DNA from: a virus
Virus record (IMG/VR): IMGVR_UViG_3300045988_009338
Location: 1 to 6,285 of that record
Reading direction: 5' to 3' (one strand)
DNA: 6,285 nucleotides
A program made the position numbers and the translations under genes. Below the pieces are notes generated by a model, which was given only the letters and a program-made list of their open reading frames with translations, was not told the origin of the DNA and did not search any database. Positions 4,549 to 6,285 of this stretch are shown in pieces. Each line of letters starts with the position of its first letter. Position 1 is the stretch's first letter.

Positions 4549-5589
4549 TTATGTGTAGGAATGGCTGTTATAATATATATTGGCGAATAAATCAATGTCG
4601 TTATTGAATCGATTTTGATTTCTTTCTTCTTTTCTCTTTTCCTTCTCGGCGACCATAGTCGCTTTAGATTCTTTCCATTGTCTTTGTTTTCTTAGCCTGT
4701 TAAGATATTTCCTTTTATTCCAATCTTCCGGATTGTCGTGATATAATCTTTCACAACGTTCTCTTTCACTTATGAGTACGCCCATATATCTTGTTTCTTC
4801 GGTATTTAGGTCTATTTTTATTCCTAGTACGTATACAATTCCTTTTTCGATTTTGTCCAGGAATAGTTTTTCACGTTCTTCTTCTGTAAATAGTTTGTTT
4901 CTGTAATAAATTGGCAGGTTGAGTTTGCCGCCGTTTCTCATCCGGTATGATTCGTTTGTTTTACCTGGTATATATACATGCCTTTTGGCATCCTCTCGCT
5001 TGAGGTATCCTGCTCCTATTCCTGCCGAACAAAGTACCTTTCCTCTGAATTTTGGGTGCTTTTCGTCAATTTTTAGCATGTATTTTGTAATATAGTTGAT
5101 TGTTTTTTCGTTTACGAAATATCCGGTGAATGTGATTCCGTATTTCCAGTTGTCCGTTATTTTTTTGCCGTTACCTAGGCCCCAAACTATTCCGTGGAGA
5201 TGCAGTCTTTCTGTTTTTTCGTGTCCTAGTTCTGTAATAAACCAGTGTTTTACGGATTTTCCGGTTAATTTTCGTACTCTTTCTAGACACAGTCTTATAG
5301 CTTTTGTCGCGATGTCATTATTGTCTTTTAACTTGTATTTTTTGCTTATTTGTTTGTATGATTTATCATCGATTGTCAGTGTTAGAAAATAGGCGTTTGG
5401 TGTTTGCCTGTTTTCTTCTGACATTCTTACTACCCATTGTCTTTGTTTTTGTTTCCTGCACTCATAACAGTCTCCGCATGCTGCCGTTACATAACGTAAT
5501 CTTTCATCCGGACAAATAGGCGGTACCCCGCCATTTTTTTTTGTTGGCAGGTACCGCTTGTTTGGTATGAGTTTAGGATATAGACACAT
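4549..5589 (-). CDS. VP4 replication initiation protein (HUH-superfamily rolling-circle endonuclease, phiX gpA-like), 346 aa
   Basis: All three RCR motifs were verified in the DNA. Motif I is FLTLT (codons at 5388-5374). Motif II is HLHGIV (5202-5185). Motif III is YITKY, with two Tyr spaced as in the phiX A protein Y-x-x-K-Y (5094-5080). The N-terminus has a Cys cluster (C2, C26, CGDCYEC), typical of microvirus VP4. The ATG lies 2 nt after the VP2 stop. Confidence 0.93.
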   Translation of the reverse strand: MCLYPKLIPNKRYLPTKKNGGVPPICPDERLRYVTAACGDCYECRKQKQRQWVVRMSEENRQTPNAYFLTLTIDDKSYKQISKKYKLKDNNDIATKAIRLCLERVRKLTGKSVKHWFITELGHEKTERLHLHGIVWGLGNGKKITDNWKYGITFTGYFVNEKTINYITKYMLKIDEKHPKFRGKVLCSAGIGAGYLKREDAKRHVYIPGKTNESYRMRNGGKLNLPIYYRNKLFTEEEREKLFLDKIEKGIVYVLGIKIDLNTEETRYMGVLISERERCERLYHDNPEDWNKRKYLNRLRKQRQWKESKATMVAEKEKRKEERNQNRFNNDIDLFANIYYNSHSYT

Positions 5590-5591
5590 AA

Positions 5592-6285
5592 TTATTGAAA
5601 ACCTGTTTTACCTACTTTTGCTCCTAGTGCTGCTCCTGCTCCTTTTGAAGCTATTTCGAGCATTCCTAGTATAATGTCCTTGACGAGCTTTTGTTCTTCG
5701 ATGTCTAGGCCTTTTTTACCTAGTTCGTATCTGTTTATTACGTTCTGTGCATAGGCTTCCATCTGATCTCTTTGAACAATGAGCGCTTTTCCTTCTTTAA
5801 CAAGTTTTTCCCATCCTTGTAGTATTTCTGCTGGAATTGCTTTTGCTTGTTCTTCGTTGACTCTTTTTTGGCTTCCTTTAAGTAATATTTCGGCCATTAG
5901 ATTTTGAAGCGTTAGGGCACTTTCTTTAACTTTGTTTTCAAGTGTTCTTCTTTTAAGGTCGTTGTCAAGTTCTGCTCCATCAATTTCCGCAGCTAGTTTG
6001 TCAATTCCCTTTTGTAGGCTTTTGACGTTCCAGCGCGTTTCTTCAGTTTTTTCTTTTGTCCAGTCGGCCATATTTCTTTTTAGTTCTTCTTCGGCATCTG
6101 CTACTCTGATTTGTCCTAATAGCAGTCCTCGTCTTATTTTTTCATTTGAGGTCTGTGCTATCAGGTTGTCGATGGTAGCTTGTTGTGCTTCTGTATCTAC
6201 GCCTTTGATTTTATTTGCTTCGGCTTCGTTTTTACTGGCTTGGCTTTCGTTAAGTTTGATTTGACTTAGTGCATTTGCCATTTCT
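5592..6285 (-). CDS. VP2 minor capsid / DNA pilot protein, C-terminal part (229 aa in the track). It is 5'-truncated by the window end and continues upstream at 421..78 via the circular junction.
   Basis: This is track ORF 5592..6281. The Met at 6281 is internal, equal to position 73 in the duplicated end. The sequence is coiled-coil-like and E/K/Q/L-rich, with a Gly/Ala-rich C-terminus (ASKGAGAALGAKVGKTGFQ). See feature 1..421. Confidence 0.85.
   Translation of the reverse strand, partial: EMANALSQIKLNESQASKNEAEANKIKGVDTEAQQATIDNLIAQTSNEKIRRGLLLGQIRVADAEEELKRNMADWTKEKTEETRWNVKSLQKGIDKLAAEIDGAELDNDLKRRTLENKVKESALTLQNLMAEILLKGSQKRVNEEQAKAIPAEILQGWEKLVKEGKALIVQRDQMEAYAQNVINRYELGKKGLDIEEQKLVKDIILGMLEIASKGAGAALGAKVGKTGFQ
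6209..6285. repeat. 77-nt terminal redundancy (identical to 1-77), marking a circular genome of 6,208 nt
   Basis: Base-by-base comparison shows that 1-77 and 6209-6285 are identical, and both are bounded by the window ends. Reading frames are continuous across the junction: VP2 stays open. The length of 77 is what an assembler k-mer overlap would give; that reading is an inference. Confidence 0.97.

Noticed and set aside
4562-4592. A dif/XerCD-like site (ggctgttataa tatata ttggcgaataaat) that might support lysogeny by Xer hijacking
   Set aside because: Only the left arm and spacer resemble the E. coli dif. The right arm lacks the TTATG inverted half-site. The sequence lies inside the VP4 C-terminal coding region (..NIYYNSHSYT*). 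It is probably AT-rich coincidence.
61-6264. All + strand ORFs in the track: 61..285, 1126..1365, 1366..1719, 1854..2279, 2313..2501, 2344..2607, 2650..2865, 2811..3131, 3140..3340, 5096..5392, 5304..5519 and 5932..6264
   Set aside because: Each lies antisense to a strongly supported - strand gene. Each is Leu/Phe/Ser/Cys-rich and low-complexity, as expected when translating the T-rich complement of A-rich coding DNA. None has a convincing start context. Microviridae genes are all on one strand.
1-6285. CRISPR arrays, integrase, transposase, IS elements, and toxin-antitoxin or defence-system genes
   Set aside because: None was seen. There are no spaced direct-repeat arrays. All long ORFs are accounted for by microvirus core genes, and the small ORFs show no recognisable catalytic motifs.

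Overview
The window is one complete, circularly permuted genome of a small ssDNA phage of the family Microviridae (not phiX-like; gokushovirus/alpavirus-like). Bases 1-77 are identical to 6209-6285, so the unit length is 6,208 nt and the ends are an assembly overlap of a circle. All credible genes lie on the - strand. In coding direction the order is: VP4 replication initiator (HUH/RCR endonuclease, 346 aa), a 454-nt non-coding region, six small ORFs (two below the ORF-track cutoff, found by hand), VP1 major capsid (643 aa), a VP3-like small protein (105-118 aa), a 161-nt hairpin-rich intergenic region, then VP2 pilot/minor capsid protein (345 aa). VP2 is split by the window origin: its N-terminus is 421->1 and its C-terminus is 6285->5592. 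The + strand ORFs in the track look like antisense shadows. The most unusual object is a ~270-nt, ~58% GC, ORF-free, hairpin-dense element at 4281-4548. It sits directly 3' of VP4 and abuts a ~22% GC tract, and I cannot assign it to any RNA family by eye. Other points worth a second look are listed here. (1) A 13-nt exact direct repeat brackets an AT-rich two-ORF cassette. (2) A ~73-nt extended hairpin lies next to a 12-nt match to the phiX174 origin core, but on the strand antisense to the genes. (3) A 68-aa membrane protein is a candidate lysis or exclusion factor. (4) Some of the small ORFs may be paralogues. No tRNA, rRNA, CRISPR array, integrase or transposase was seen.
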